Shown here: piece by piece, positions 8,552 through 17,663 of the stretch | How positions within the stretch are numbered: position 1 is the stretch's first letter | Layout: each line of letters begins with the position of its first letter | Origin: Candidatus Fermentibacter danicus | Lineage (GTDB): Bacteria > Fermentibacterota > Fermentibacteria > Fermentibacterales > Fermentibacteraceae | NCBI GenBank assembly: GCA_001618615.1 | Contig: LKHB01000181.1 | Location: forward strand, 2,210-66,209 | Direction of reading: 5' to 3' | DNA length: 64,000 bases | Notes under the pieces: generated by a model | What the model saw: only the letters and a program-made list of their open reading frames with translations | What the model was told of the DNA's origin: nothing | Database searches by the model: none | Program-made: the position numbers and the translations under genes

Positions 8552-9627
8552 AGCCCGTTCTTTTCGGCATCATCGTATCGGCCTCCCTCCCGGCCGTGGC
8601 AGCCAAGTACGCAGGGGAGTTCATGTATGTCGGCGCCGGCGCCAGGGCGCTCGGCATGGGCGGAGCCTTCTGCTCCGTAGCAGACGACGCGACTGCCGCC
8701 TACTGGAACCCTGCCGGCCTCGTCTCCCTCCCGGGGCGCGAGATTCAGCTCATGCACTCCGAGAGATTTGGAGGGCTGGTCAAGTACGATTATCTGGCCT
8801 ATGCCCAGCCCTTCGGCGGTTCCGCCATCTCGGCGAGCCTCTTCAGAACCGATGCAGGAGACATAGCCGACACGACAGGTCTGGAGTGGCTCGACACCGG
8901 GTCCGACGGCGTCGCCGGCGAAGACGGGGCGGGCGTCCCGGGAGACTCCGGCAGCGACGACTACGATCCCCTGACCAATCCGGGCGGCACGGAGAACAAC
9001 GGTCGGTGGGATCCGGGCGAGGAGCTAATTTACGACGAGGGCCGCATCTCATGGGGAAGCGCCGTCGACTACGCCCTTTATCTCTCCTGGGCCCGCCCCC
9101 TCACGGACGAACTCTCCCTGGGCGCAAGCATGAAGATCATCCAGCGCACCCTCATGGACCACAGCGCCTTCGGTGCCGGTCTGGACGCAGGGATCAGATG
9201 GACGCCCAGCGATGTCTTCGCCGCCGGGCTCAATATCCAGGACGCCGTGGGAACTCATATCTTCTGGGACACCGGCAGCAACGAGAGCGTCGTACCCACG
9301 GCAAAGCTCGGCGCCTCGACCGTATGGAGCCTCGGCAGGCTCTCCACCGTCGTGACCGTGTCGGCGGACGGCGACTTCAGGTTCGAAGGCAGGAAGTACT
9401 CCGCACAGTATCACGTCGGTGACGTCAGCCTGGACACCCACTTCGGAGCGGAGTTCCTGGTAAGGGACAGAGTCGCACTGAGGCTCGGAACCTCCGAAGG
9501 ATCCTTCACGGCCGGAGCCGGCCTCAGGATCGGGATAATGGGGCATCCCGTCAGCCTCGACTACGCCTTCCTCGGCCACGAGGATCTCGACGACACTCAC
9601 AGAATCTCGCTCGGCATAGGCATCTGA
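8548..9627 (+). CDS. FadL/PorV-like (OmpP1/FadL/TodX superfamily) outer-membrane beta-barrel protein
   Basis: 359 aa with a signal peptide. The N-terminal YVGAGARALGMGGAFCSVADDATAAYWNPAGL matches the FadL-family N-terminal hatch motif (GxGRAxxMGGAxxAxxDDAxAxxxNPAGL). A Gly/Asp-rich loop follows. The C-terminus has the alternating aromatic/hydrophobic pattern of terminal beta strands (LDYAFLGHEDLDDTHRISLGIGI). Confidence 0.65.
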   Translation: MKPVLFGIIVSASLPAVAAKYAGEFMYVGAGARALGMGGAFCSVADDATAAYWNPAGLVSLPGREIQLMHSERFGGLVKYDYLAYAQPFGGSAISASLFRTDAGDIADTTGLEWLDTGSDGVAGEDGAGVPGDSGSDDYDPLTNPGGTENNGRWDPGEELIYDEGRISWGSAVDYALYLSWARPLTDELSLGASMKIIQRTLMDHSAFGAGLDAGIRWTPSDVFAAGLNIQDAVGTHIFWDTGSNESVVPTAKLGASTVWSLGRLSTVVTVSADGDFRFEGRKYSAQYHVGDVSLDTHFGAEFLVRDRVALRLGTSEGSFTAGAGLRIGIMGHPVSLDYAFLGHEDLDDTHRISLGIGI

Positions 9628-9638
9628 CACCCTCCCGC

Positions 9639-10241
9639 ATGACGCTGAGCGAAGAACTACTCAGGAAGTCGATACATCTGGCTTCCGTGGTCATCCCCCT
9701 TACCGCCCTCCTCGTGGAGAAGACGCTGCTCGTAGTCGTCCTGGCCGTCGCCGCCCTGGCCCTCCTGCTCGTAGATTATCTCAGGCTCAGGAATCAAGGC
9801 TTCAAGGCCTTCTTCCTGTCCGCCTTCGGCGAGCTTCTCCGGAAGCACGAGAAGCAGGGCGGGATCACGGGCTCTACCATCCTGGTCGCCTCGGCCGCTC
9901 TGACGATACTCATCTACAGGCAGGAGACCGCAGTGGCGGCGCTTGTCTTCCTGAGCCTGGGCGACAGCATGGCCGCGCTGGTGGGCAGGAGATACGGGAG
10001 GGTGAAGCTCGTCTGCGGGAGGACTCTCGAAGGCAGCCTGGCGGCGCTGATAAGCTGCCTTTTCGCGAGCGCGGTCCTGCTGCTCATAAGCCCTGTCTTC
10101 CACTGGAACCTCACCCCGCCCGTGCTCATCGCCGGTTCCGTCACCGCCGTCCTGGTCGAACTGATCGACATCCCGCTCGACGACAACTTCAGGATTCCCA
10201 TCATATCGGGGCTCGTCATGGAACTCCTGATCCCCGGCTGA
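9639..10241 (+). CDS. Short-form CdsA-like membrane protein (phosphatidate cytidylyltransferase / polyprenol kinase family)
   Basis: 200 aa with 5-6 TM segments. GDSMAALVGRRYGRVKLVCGRTLEGSLAAL resembles the CTP_transf_1 signature (GDxxASxxGxxxGK...SPxKTxEG). Confidence 0.5.
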   Translation: MTLSEELLRKSIHLASVVIPLTALLVEKTLLVVVLAVAALALLLVDYLRLRNQGFKAFFLSAFGELLRKHEKQGGITGSTILVASAALTILIYRQETAVAALVFLSLGDSMAALVGRRYGRVKLVCGRTLEGSLAALISCLFASAVLLLISPVFHWNLTPPVLIAGSVTAVLVELIDIPLDDNFRIPIISGLVMELLIPG

Positions 10242-10289
10242 GCTGTGGTGGAAAGCGGCGGCCGTCCCACCCGCAGAGGCGCCTACTGG

Positions 10290-11615
10290 ATGGAAGTCTA
10301 TGGGTGCCAGATGAATGTGAGCGACTCGGAGATCATCCGGGGAATCCTGGAGAGCGCCGGATACAGGCAGGTGGACGATCCGGGTGACGCAGACGCAGTC
10401 CTGGTCGTGACCTGCGCCGTTCGTGAACACGCGGAGACGAGAGCCATAGGCAGGCTGACCCAGCTCGGAGCGGGAACCGGCGGAGAGGGGCGTCCCGTCA
10501 CGGTAGTCTGCGGATGCGTGGCCCAGGAGCACGGGAGTTCCCTGCTGGAGAACTATCCGGCCATCGACATCGTGGTCGGACCCGACAGATACCTCGAACT
10601 TCCCGATCTTATCCGGCGCGGCAGGGCCTCCGCGACCGGGTTCTCGCCCCACCACTACGAAGGGGTCGAGCCCGTCAGGAAAACCTTCCCGCGCTCCTTC
10701 GTGACCGTCATGCGAGGCTGCGACAACTTCTGCAGCTACTGCATCGTGCCTCACGTGCGGGGACGGGAGAGGAGCAGGCCCGCCGCCGACATCCTGCGCG
10801 AGGTGTCCGGGCTCGTCTCCTCGGGTTACGGGGAGATCACGCTGCTGGGCCAGAACGTGAACTCCTACCGCTCCGGGGAGCTGCGTTTTCCGGAACTCCT
10901 CGGGATGGTTTCGCGGGAGGCCCGCGGAGCCTGGGTCAGATTCGTCACCAGTCATCCCCGCGATCTCACCGATGACCTCGTGGAGACGATGTCGCGGTGC
11001 CGCAACGTCTGCCGCCAGATCCACCTGCCCGTACAGTCCGGCAGCGACCGCATCCTCTCCGCGATGAACAGGGGCTATTCGAGGGCCGGGTATCTCGACA
11101 AGATCAGGAAACTCAGGGAGGCGATGCCCGGCATCGCCCTCTCGACCGACATGATCGCGGGATTCCCCGGAGAGAGCGAGGAGGACTTCGAACTCAGCGC
11201 TTCGCTTCTCGAAGAGGTCCGGTTCGACCAGGCCTTCCTCTTCAGGTATTCGGAGAGGGCCGGCACTCCCGCCGCCTCGATGGAAGGCTCCATACCCGTC
11301 GAAGTGAGGCTCGAAAGGCTTTCGAGGCTCCAGGAGATCCAGAGATCGATAACGCGCGCCTGCTCGGCCGCGCTCTCGGGTAGAGAGATGCCGGTACTCA
11401 TCATCGGACCCGGCGCAAAGCGCGGCCTTCTGCAGACCCAGGGCCGGACGGCGGGGAACAGAGTGGTGGTGTTCGAGGGCAGGCAGGCCGAGGCGGGGAG
11501 GTTCGTACTGGCGCGCATCGGCTCGAGCGACGGCTGGACGCACTTCGCGGATCTGGTACGCCCGCTCGGGACGGAGGAGGGTTTCGAGGCGTCGGAGTCA
11601 TGGCGCGAGTGTTGA
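10290..11615 (+). CDS. miaB: tRNA-2-methylthio-N6-dimethylallyladenosine synthase
   Basis: Track ORF 10245..11615. Likely start at MEVYGCQMN. Has the MTTase N-domain, a radical SAM CxxxCxxC (CDNFCSYC) and a TRAM domain, with full-length similarity to the MiaB family. Confidence 0.9.
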   Translation: MEVYGCQMNVSDSEIIRGILESAGYRQVDDPGDADAVLVVTCAVREHAETRAIGRLTQLGAGTGGEGRPVTVVCGCVAQEHGSSLLENYPAIDIVVGPDRYLELPDLIRRGRASATGFSPHHYEGVEPVRKTFPRSFVTVMRGCDNFCSYCIVPHVRGRERSRPAADILREVSGLVSSGYGEITLLGQNVNSYRSGELRFPELLGMVSREARGAWVRFVTSHPRDLTDDLVETMSRCRNVCRQIHLPVQSGSDRILSAMNRGYSRAGYLDKIRKLREAMPGIALSTDMIAGFPGESEEDFELSASLLEEVRFDQAFLFRYSERAGTPAASMEGSIPVEVRLERLSRLQEIQRSITRACSAALSGREMPVLIIGPGAKRGLLQTQGRTAGNRVVVFEGRQAEAGRFVLARIGSSDGWTHFADLVRPLGTEEGFEASESWREC

Positions 11616-12637
11616 AACGGATCGAGAGAGCCTCCAGGAGGCTGCTCACCCGCCTCCTCAGGGGGCCGTCGCAATGTGCCGAATCCGATGCACCGCCTCC
11701 CGAGCCCTCGTCCATCCTCGTCACCAGGCCGGATTCACGGCTGGGAAACCTCGTCCTCACCCTGCCTCTCCTGGAAGGCCTCAGGAGCAGGTTCCCCGAA
11801 GCACGCCTGACGCTGCTGGCCAGCGACAGGTTCGCCGAGCTGCCCACCCTCATGGGATTCGACGTAATCCCTGTCGACAAGGCCAGGATGGCCTCGCACC
11901 CCTGGCTCTTCCCGGGGTTCGCGCGAAAGCTTCGCAAGCGTGGATTCGACTGTGCGATCGACGCTTCCCATCCGTTCGCGTTCTCACTGTCCGGGGCGCT
12001 GGTCGGCCGACTCGCGGGCGCCCGCACGAGGATAGGCTTCGCCTCGGGGGACTACGAGGGCTGGTACACCCATGCGGTCCCGGGCCTCTCGAAAAGCGAC
12101 CACGAGAGCAGGACCATCCACAGGCTGGGGTCGGTATGGCCGCGTTGGCCGGCATATTCGCCGCCACTTCTCCGCACGCCCGGACGGAGCCGATGCCGCT
12201 CCATAGGGGTCCATGTCGGGGCCAGCAGGGGGAAGGTCTATCCGCCGGACAGGTTCTCCAGGCTCGTCGCCGGGCTTGCCGGCATCGGGAGGGTCATCCT
12301 GTTCTGGGGAAGCGAAGGCGAGAGAAACCTCGCCGTCCGGCTGGCGGCGGATGCGGCCGCCTCGGGACTGCAGACCGTCACCGTGTCGGATCCGCTGTCG
12401 ATCGCGGGTCTTCTGGACTCGTTCGCCGGTCTCGATCTGCTGGTGACTGCGGACAACGGGCCCATGCACGTCGCCTACGCCCTGGGAACGCCGGTGATAG
12501 CTCTCTTCCGCGTGCAGAACCATGACAGGTTCGGGCCCCTGTCGGAGGGATCGGTCGTCCTCTACGATCCGGACGGCCCGGATCCGGAGAGAGTCATCCG
12601 CGCAGTGAAGGCTGTCCAGGCCGGGATCCGTCCCTAG
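11600..12637 (+). CDS. Glycosyltransferase family 9 (LPS heptosyltransferase, RfaF/RfaC-like)
   Basis: 345 aa. ILVTRPDSRLGNLVLTLPLLEGLRSRFPEARLTLL, the paired Rossmann layout and the C-terminal DNGPMHVAYALGTPVIALF motif are typical of GT9 heptosyltransferases. Confidence 0.8.
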   Translation: MARVLKRIERASRRLLTRLLRGPSQCAESDAPPPEPSSILVTRPDSRLGNLVLTLPLLEGLRSRFPEARLTLLASDRFAELPTLMGFDVIPVDKARMASHPWLFPGFARKLRKRGFDCAIDASHPFAFSLSGALVGRLAGARTRIGFASGDYEGWYTHAVPGLSKSDHESRTIHRLGSVWPRWPAYSPPLLRTPGRSRCRSIGVHVGASRGKVYPPDRFSRLVAGLAGIGRVILFWGSEGERNLAVRLAADAAASGLQTVTVSDPLSIAGLLDSFAGLDLLVTADNGPMHVAYALGTPVIALFRVQNHDRFGPLSEGSVVLYDPDGPDPERVIRAVKAVQAGIRP

Positions 12638-12927
12638 CCGTCCTCTTCTTCTTCTTCGTTTTCGTCGTCGTCTTCGTCGTCTTCTTCTTCCTCGTCCCGG
12701 GCGTCCGCGTCCGGTGCGCCGGCGGAGTCCGACAGTCCGTCGAGGATGTTCTTCACGGACATCTCGGTAGCCGCCAGGCGGCTGCGGAGGTCTCCTATCA
12801 GCTCCGCCGCCCGCTTCACCTTCGACTCGAGTTCGTCGAGAGGGCAGTCCTCCCTGCCGACCTCGTCCACGAGCCGGTTCAACTCCTTCATCTGCTCCTC
12901 GAAGGAAGCGCTTTTCCTCCTGCCCAT
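12634..12927 (-). CDS. xseB: Exodeoxyribonuclease VII small subunit with a poly-acidic C-terminal tail
   Basis: Track ORF 12634..13134. Likely start at MGRRKSASFEEQMKELNRLVDEVGREDCPLDELESKVKRAAELIGDLRSRLAATEMSVKNILDGL, which is the XseB helical-hairpin consensus. It is followed by DARDEEEEDDEDDDENEEEEEDG. It lies directly downstream of xseA. Confidence 0.8.
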   Translation of the reverse strand: MGRRKSASFEEQMKELNRLVDEVGREDCPLDELESKVKRAAELIGDLRSRLAATEMSVKNILDGLSDSAGAPDADARDEEEEDDEDDDENEEEEEDG

Positions 12928-12992
12928 CCCTCTCCCGTCGGCCGCGATGCCTGCGGAGCAGCGGCCTGAAGACCCGGCGGACATGGAGTCCG

Positions 12993-14399
12993 TCAGGATG
13001 CCCCGTCCATATCGACTTCTACCGCTCTCGCCGAAATGCGGCCGTCCCTCAGCCTTATGCCAACCCGATCCCCCGCCTCGACGCAGGAGGCGGAAGTCAC
13101 CAGCCGGCCTTCTCCGTCCGTGACGATGGCCCATCCCATTTCCAGCATCCTGGCGGGGTCGCGTGCTGCGACGAGGGCGGAAAGGGCATCGAGTCTGCGT
13201 CTCGACACATCGATGAGTGCCCCGCTGGCTGTTCTAAGCTGCCGGGAGCAGTCATCCAGCGACAGACCGCGCTCCGGGAACCGAACGAGGCAGCCCGGCG
13301 GCCCCAGTCTCGCAGCCATTCTTTCCAGTTCACGCCCGGCCCTCGAGGTACTCCTTCCGGAAGCGGCGCGGAGCCATGCCTCGTTCCTGTCGAGAGCGCC
13401 GGAGACGCTCCTGGAGAACATCGAAACTCCCGAGGCCAGCATCGAGGCGGCGGCTCGAATCCTGTGCCCCTCGGATCTGAGTCTGGGAAGCGATGATGCC
13501 GCCATGTCCCTCGCGGCGTCGTCGATCGACTGGGCCGCATCGGCCAGCCTGTCCACAAGGATGGAGGCCGCGTGTGTCGGGGTCTTGGCCCTCGTATGGG
13601 CGATGAAGTCCGGGAGCGTGAAGTCGACTTCGTGGCCGATGCCCGAGACTACAGGGGCGGGGAATGAAGCGATGGCCCGCCCTATGGGTTCCGAGTCGAA
13701 CCACGAGAGGTCGGTTGCTGATCCGCCGCCCCTCGTTATCACCAGGACATCCAGCGAGGGTTCCAGGGCCAGGCGCGACATGGCCTCGACCACGGTTCTC
13801 ATGGTTTCGGCGCCCTGCATCTGTGCAGGGTGGAGCAGAACCTCGAAGGGGTAGCCGCTTTCGCGCAGGGTCGTGAGAAAGTCCTCGAGAGCGGCCGAGC
13901 CGGGTGCGCTTACCAAACCTATCCTGAGGGGCAGCGCCGGGAACGGCAGGGTGCGGTTCCGCTCTGCGAGGCCCTCGCGGGTGAGTTTTGCCAGCAATTC
14001 CCTGAGGCGGGTTTCCGACGAGGCGCCGAAGCTCCCGGGATCGAAGGCCTCCACCACGAACTGGAAGCGTCCGGACTGGGGCCAGATGTCCACGCGGCCG
14101 AGTATCCGGACATCGATTCCCTCGGATGGGTCGAAGACCATCCCGGCTCTGGCGAAGTCGCGCTGCACCACGGTACGGGCGCCGGCGAAGAGTACGCAGT
14201 CTATGGAGGCCTGCGGCCGGGAGGCGGAATCCGTGTTGTCCACGAGCTGGAAGTAGGTATGTCCCCGGCTGTTCGCCTGGATTCTGCCGGCGAGCGTTCC
14301 CCTCAGCCAGATCGGGTACGGGTATACCGTCCGGAATAGCTCCCTCACTCTCGTGTTGAGTTCGAGTACGGTGAGGTCGCGGCCGGATGCGGCGGCCAA
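12993..14399 (-). CDS. xseA: Exodeoxyribonuclease VII large subunit
   Basis: 468 aa. It has an N-terminal OB-fold, a central catalytic region (ITRGGGSATDLSWFDSEPIGRAIASFPAPVVSGIGHEVD) and a C-terminal helical domain. Confidence 0.9.
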   Translation of the reverse strand: MAAASGRDLTVLELNTRVRELFRTVYPYPIWLRGTLAGRIQANSRGHTYFQLVDNTDSASRPQASIDCVLFAGARTVVQRDFARAGMVFDPSEGIDVRILGRVDIWPQSGRFQFVVEAFDPGSFGASSETRLRELLAKLTREGLAERNRTLPFPALPLRIGLVSAPGSAALEDFLTTLRESGYPFEVLLHPAQMQGAETMRTVVEAMSRLALEPSLDVLVITRGGGSATDLSWFDSEPIGRAIASFPAPVVSGIGHEVDFTLPDFIAHTRAKTPTHAASILVDRLADAAQSIDDAARDMAASSLPRLRSEGHRIRAAASMLASGVSMFSRSVSGALDRNEAWLRAASGRSTSRAGRELERMAARLGPPGCLVRFPERGLSLDDCSRQLRTASGALIDVSRRRLDALSALVAARDPARMLEMGWAIVTDGEGRLVTSASCVEAGDRVGIRLRDGRISARAVEVDMDGAS

Positions 14400-14401
14400 G
14401 G

Positions 14402-14785
14402 TCAGAATACCTTCAGATCGTAGCTTCCCCCGGTTTCGCCTATGTCGTGTATCACGATGAAGGCCGGGCCGGTGTATGGCGCAGTGAGGGTAAGGCTTTC
14501 GGAACCATCACTGTCTCCCTCGACCATCGAGAATCCCCTGGCATAGATGTAGTCCTCGTAGTAGGGAAGGCTCATGAACTCGTCGAAGTCCATGTCCCGT
14601 GAGGCGACGGTGACGTCGAAGTCGGCCGGGGGAGGGGGGCAGTCGAGTACGATCCAGTAGTCCGTCCCTTCCAGGACCGTGAGCGTGTACACGGCCGTGG
14701 CGCCCCTGCCGAGCTGGTCCGTCGAGGAGAGCAGGGGTTCGGTGGACAGAGCCAGTGTCAGGATAAGCATCTGTATCATCGACAC
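14402..14785 (-). CDS. Hypothetical small secreted protein
   Basis: 127 aa with an N-terminal signal peptide (MSMIQMLILTLALSTEP). Acidic. No family recognised. Confidence 0.4.
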   Translation of the reverse strand: MSMIQMLILTLALSTEPLLSSTDQLGRGATAVYTLTVLEGTDYWIVLDCPPPPADFDVTVASRDMDFDEFMSLPYYEDYIYARGFSMVEGDSDGSESLTLTAPYTGPAFIVIHDIGETGGSYDLKVF

Positions 14786-15141
14786 CTCCAGGTCGGGCGG
14801 GTTTCATGCAGCAGCGTCAAAATTGTGGGGTCGACCCCGCCCGGTCAACCTCATCTACACCCGGAGAGCGCTCGTTGTTCCTTTCAGCACGATGTCCGTC
14901 ATGGTGGAACGGAGATCATCGCCCCATCGGAAGGCGTGTTGCTCCCGGGGCGGGGAGTCATCCGCGGTCGAACTCCCACAAAAGAGCCGAGTAAAAGAAA
15001 GCGCGAATCATAGTGTCTTTATTAAAGAAATAAATAAAGTTAGCGACATCGCTTTTCGCCGGGTTTCTCCGGGACTGCCGCCAGGGCTTCCCGGGGTTAT
15101 CTTCCCCGGACATCCGACTGAACGAGAACTGGGGGTCCGTA

Positions 15142-16713
15142 ATGAGGGTCCGCGATCTGATAGAGCAGAAACACCGGGGACATGCAGTCGCAGCCGTCGA
15201 TACGAGGGGGCTCGTGGTCGCCCTCGAGGACGAAGCCAGGCCGGGATCGACCTACAAGGCCGTCCCTCCATGGGTGACGGAGGGCCGCGAGGTCTACAGG
15301 AGGAGTCTCATCCTTGCCCTGGACGAGGCATGCAGACGGACCTTCCCCGACTCGAAGCTATGGGTGGAGCACGCGCTCTCGCTGGGGTACAAGTGTCGTC
15401 TGGAGGAGCGGCCGGCGATGGCCGGCGCGGCGATGTGCGACCTCCTCACGGAGGCTCTCCGTGCCGTCATCTCGGAGGACATCACCTTCGAATCCTTCGA
15501 GGCTGGTAATGGAGAGGGGCCGCCGGAGCTGCTCGACTGGTGGGACGGCTCGACCAGGTTCAGGATGAATCGCCTCTGCAGGAGCACCGCCTTCGGCGCC
15601 GGCCCGGTGCTGCCCTCCACCGGGATGCTCGAACTCTTCGAGCTGCGCCCGCTGAATGCCGGCTTCGTCCTGAGGTTCCCGGGGTCCCTGGAATGGCCCG
15701 CCATCGCTCCCTGGGAGGACAGGCCCAGGCTCGCGAGAGAGTTCGACCTCGAGGAGAAGCACGGGGCGAGGATGCGCGTGAGGACCATTCACGAGCTGAA
15801 CTCCAGGATCGAGGAGGACGGCGGTCTCGAGATCGTCGCAATGAGCCACTTCTACCAGGAGTACAGGCTGACCGAGATCGTGATGGCGCTGGAGGGCATG
15901 TTCCCCCGGAAGCGCGTAGTGACCATCGCAGGGCCATCCTCCAGCGGAAAGACGACCTTCACGAAACTTCTAGGCATGTCCCTGCGCGCGCAGGGGTTCG
16001 GTGTCGAGAGCATAAGTGTCGACAACTACTTCCGGAACAGGGAGGAGACCCCCAGGGACTCCAACGGCGAAATGGACTTCGAATGCCTCGAAGCGCTGGA
16101 CACGGAACTCTTCGGCAGGCATCTGAGCGAGCTTCTGGCAGGGAAGGAGATAAGACTGCCTGTCTTCGACTTCAAGACAGGCCACAGGCTCGATGACCAG
16201 ATACCCATGCGCCTGACGCCCAACGATTTCCTGCTGATAGAAGGAATCCACGGTCTGAACGACAGCCTGACCCCGGGCGTGGATCCTTCCTGCAAGTACA
16301 GGATCTATGCCTCCGCCCTGACCCAGATGAACATCGAGAGGCTGACGCGCATGTCCACATCCGACTCCAGGCTCCTGAGGAGGATGACCAGGGACCACAG
16401 GACCAGGGGCTATTCCGCAGAGGAGACCATCGGAAAGTGGCCCAGCGTAAGGCGGGGGGAGAGGCGCCACATATTCCCGTTCCAGGAGATGGCCGACGCC
16501 ATGTTCAACTCGTCGCTTCCATACGAGCTGCCTGTGCTGAAACCCTTCGCCGAGCCGATTCTACGCTCCGTCCCCGAAGGAAGCCCCGCCTTCGACACGG
16601 CGCACAGGCTGCTCTCCGTCCTCTCTCTCGTGAAGCCGATAGACGCGTCTGTCGTCCCGAGGCTGAGCCTTCTCAGGGAGTTCATCGGAGGCCATCTCCT
16701 CGGTCAGGGGTGA
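15142..16713 (+). CDS. Uridine/nucleoside kinase (PRK/Udk) family protein with a ~270 aa N-terminal extension
   Basis: 523 aa. Walker A GPSSSGKTTFTKLLG. The downstream VDNYFRNREETPRD...LLIEGIHGLND layout is typical of uridine kinase-like P-loop kinases. The N-terminal domain is unassigned. Confidence 0.7.
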   Translation: MRVRDLIEQKHRGHAVAAVDTRGLVVALEDEARPGSTYKAVPPWVTEGREVYRRSLILALDEACRRTFPDSKLWVEHALSLGYKCRLEERPAMAGAAMCDLLTEALRAVISEDITFESFEAGNGEGPPELLDWWDGSTRFRMNRLCRSTAFGAGPVLPSTGMLELFELRPLNAGFVLRFPGSLEWPAIAPWEDRPRLAREFDLEEKHGARMRVRTIHELNSRIEEDGGLEIVAMSHFYQEYRLTEIVMALEGMFPRKRVVTIAGPSSSGKTTFTKLLGMSLRAQGFGVESISVDNYFRNREETPRDSNGEMDFECLEALDTELFGRHLSELLAGKEIRLPVFDFKTGHRLDDQIPMRLTPNDFLLIEGIHGLNDSLTPGVDPSCKYRIYASALTQMNIERLTRMSTSDSRLLRRMTRDHRTRGYSAEETIGKWPSVRRGERRHIFPFQEMADAMFNSSLPYELPVLKPFAEPILRSVPEGSPAFDTAHRLLSVLSLVKPIDASVVPRLSLLREFIGGHLLGQG

Positions 16714-17159
16714 TACCCGACCGAAAGAGGGCGAGGGCAGGCCGACCCGGACGCCTCTAGCGTCCGTGGATATAGCCTCATCGCAAGGCGGGTTGCGGCT
16801 GCCGCTCGAAATCGTGCGGAGCCTGAGGCGTCGACGCTCCTGTCCGCGGGAGCCGTTCCTTCGTATGCTTCGTCATGATGACCGCCGGGACGGCCCGGCG
16901 GTTCGGCAGTGCCCCGAAGCAGGAGGAGGCGCCCATGGCTCCCCGCCCGGCTGGATGGTTCCGCCGCGGCCCTCCGGGAGTCAGAGAGAACAGCCTCGCC
17001 GGCGCACCGGTGTATTCGGATCCCGCATCTCCGGCGGATCGTCGGATCGACCTCGCAGCCCCCTCACGAAATCGTCATCGGAAAAGCAGTGAAGATCGCA
17101 CTCGTTCGATAACTTCGTCCGGCATGGCGCAGTGTTCCGGAAGACAGCCGGGACAGGAG

Positions 17160-17663
17160 TCATCCGCGGAGCCTTCTCCTCTGGATCTCACAGGCCACCA
17201 TCGCGATCACGCTCGCTACGTTGAGGCAGTCGCGGAAGCCCGACTGAGGGAAGTGGATTACCATGTCCGACCTGTCGAGCACGGCCTTCGATATGCCGAG
17301 AGCCTCGTTGCCGAACACGAATGCGTCGGAGGGGAGGAATCCCGCATCGAGCATGGAAACGCTGCCTGCGGTCCTCTCGACGGCGATTATCCTCCTGCCC
17401 GTGGCGGATGCCCATTCCGCCGCGTCCTCCGCCCGTTCGAAACGCATCCAGGGTATGGAGTTCTGAGTCCCCCTCGCGGAGTGCGCGAGTTTCCGGTTGC
17501 CCGGCACGGCGCAGACGCCGCAGAGGAACACGGCGGATGGGTAGACGGCCTCCGCCGTCCTGAACGCCGAACCCACGTTGAAGGCGCTTCTGAAGCCGTC
17601 GAGTATGAATACCGGCGTATCGCCTGGAGAATGCAGCCTCGGGGAGGGGAGGGCTGACATGAC
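17160..17663 (-). CDS. SpoU/TrmH-family RNA 2'-O-methyltransferase (TrmL-size, ~165 aa)
   Basis: Only the C-terminal part of track ORF 17160..18242 is credible. FILDGFRSAFNVGSAFRTAEA...AVERTAGSVSMLDAGFLPSDAFVFGNEALGISKAVL...CLNVASVIAMVACEIQRR are the SPOUT motifs. The upstream part of the track ORF is antisense to comEC and was rejected. Confidence 0.7.
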   Translation of the reverse strand, partial: VMSALPSPRLHSPGDTPVFILDGFRSAFNVGSAFRTAEAVYPSAVFLCGVCAVPGNRKLAHSARGTQNSIPWMRFERAEDAAEWASATGRRIIAVERTAGSVSMLDAGFLPSDAFVFGNEALGISKAVLDRSDMVIHFPQSGFRDCLNVASVIAMVACEIQRRRLRG

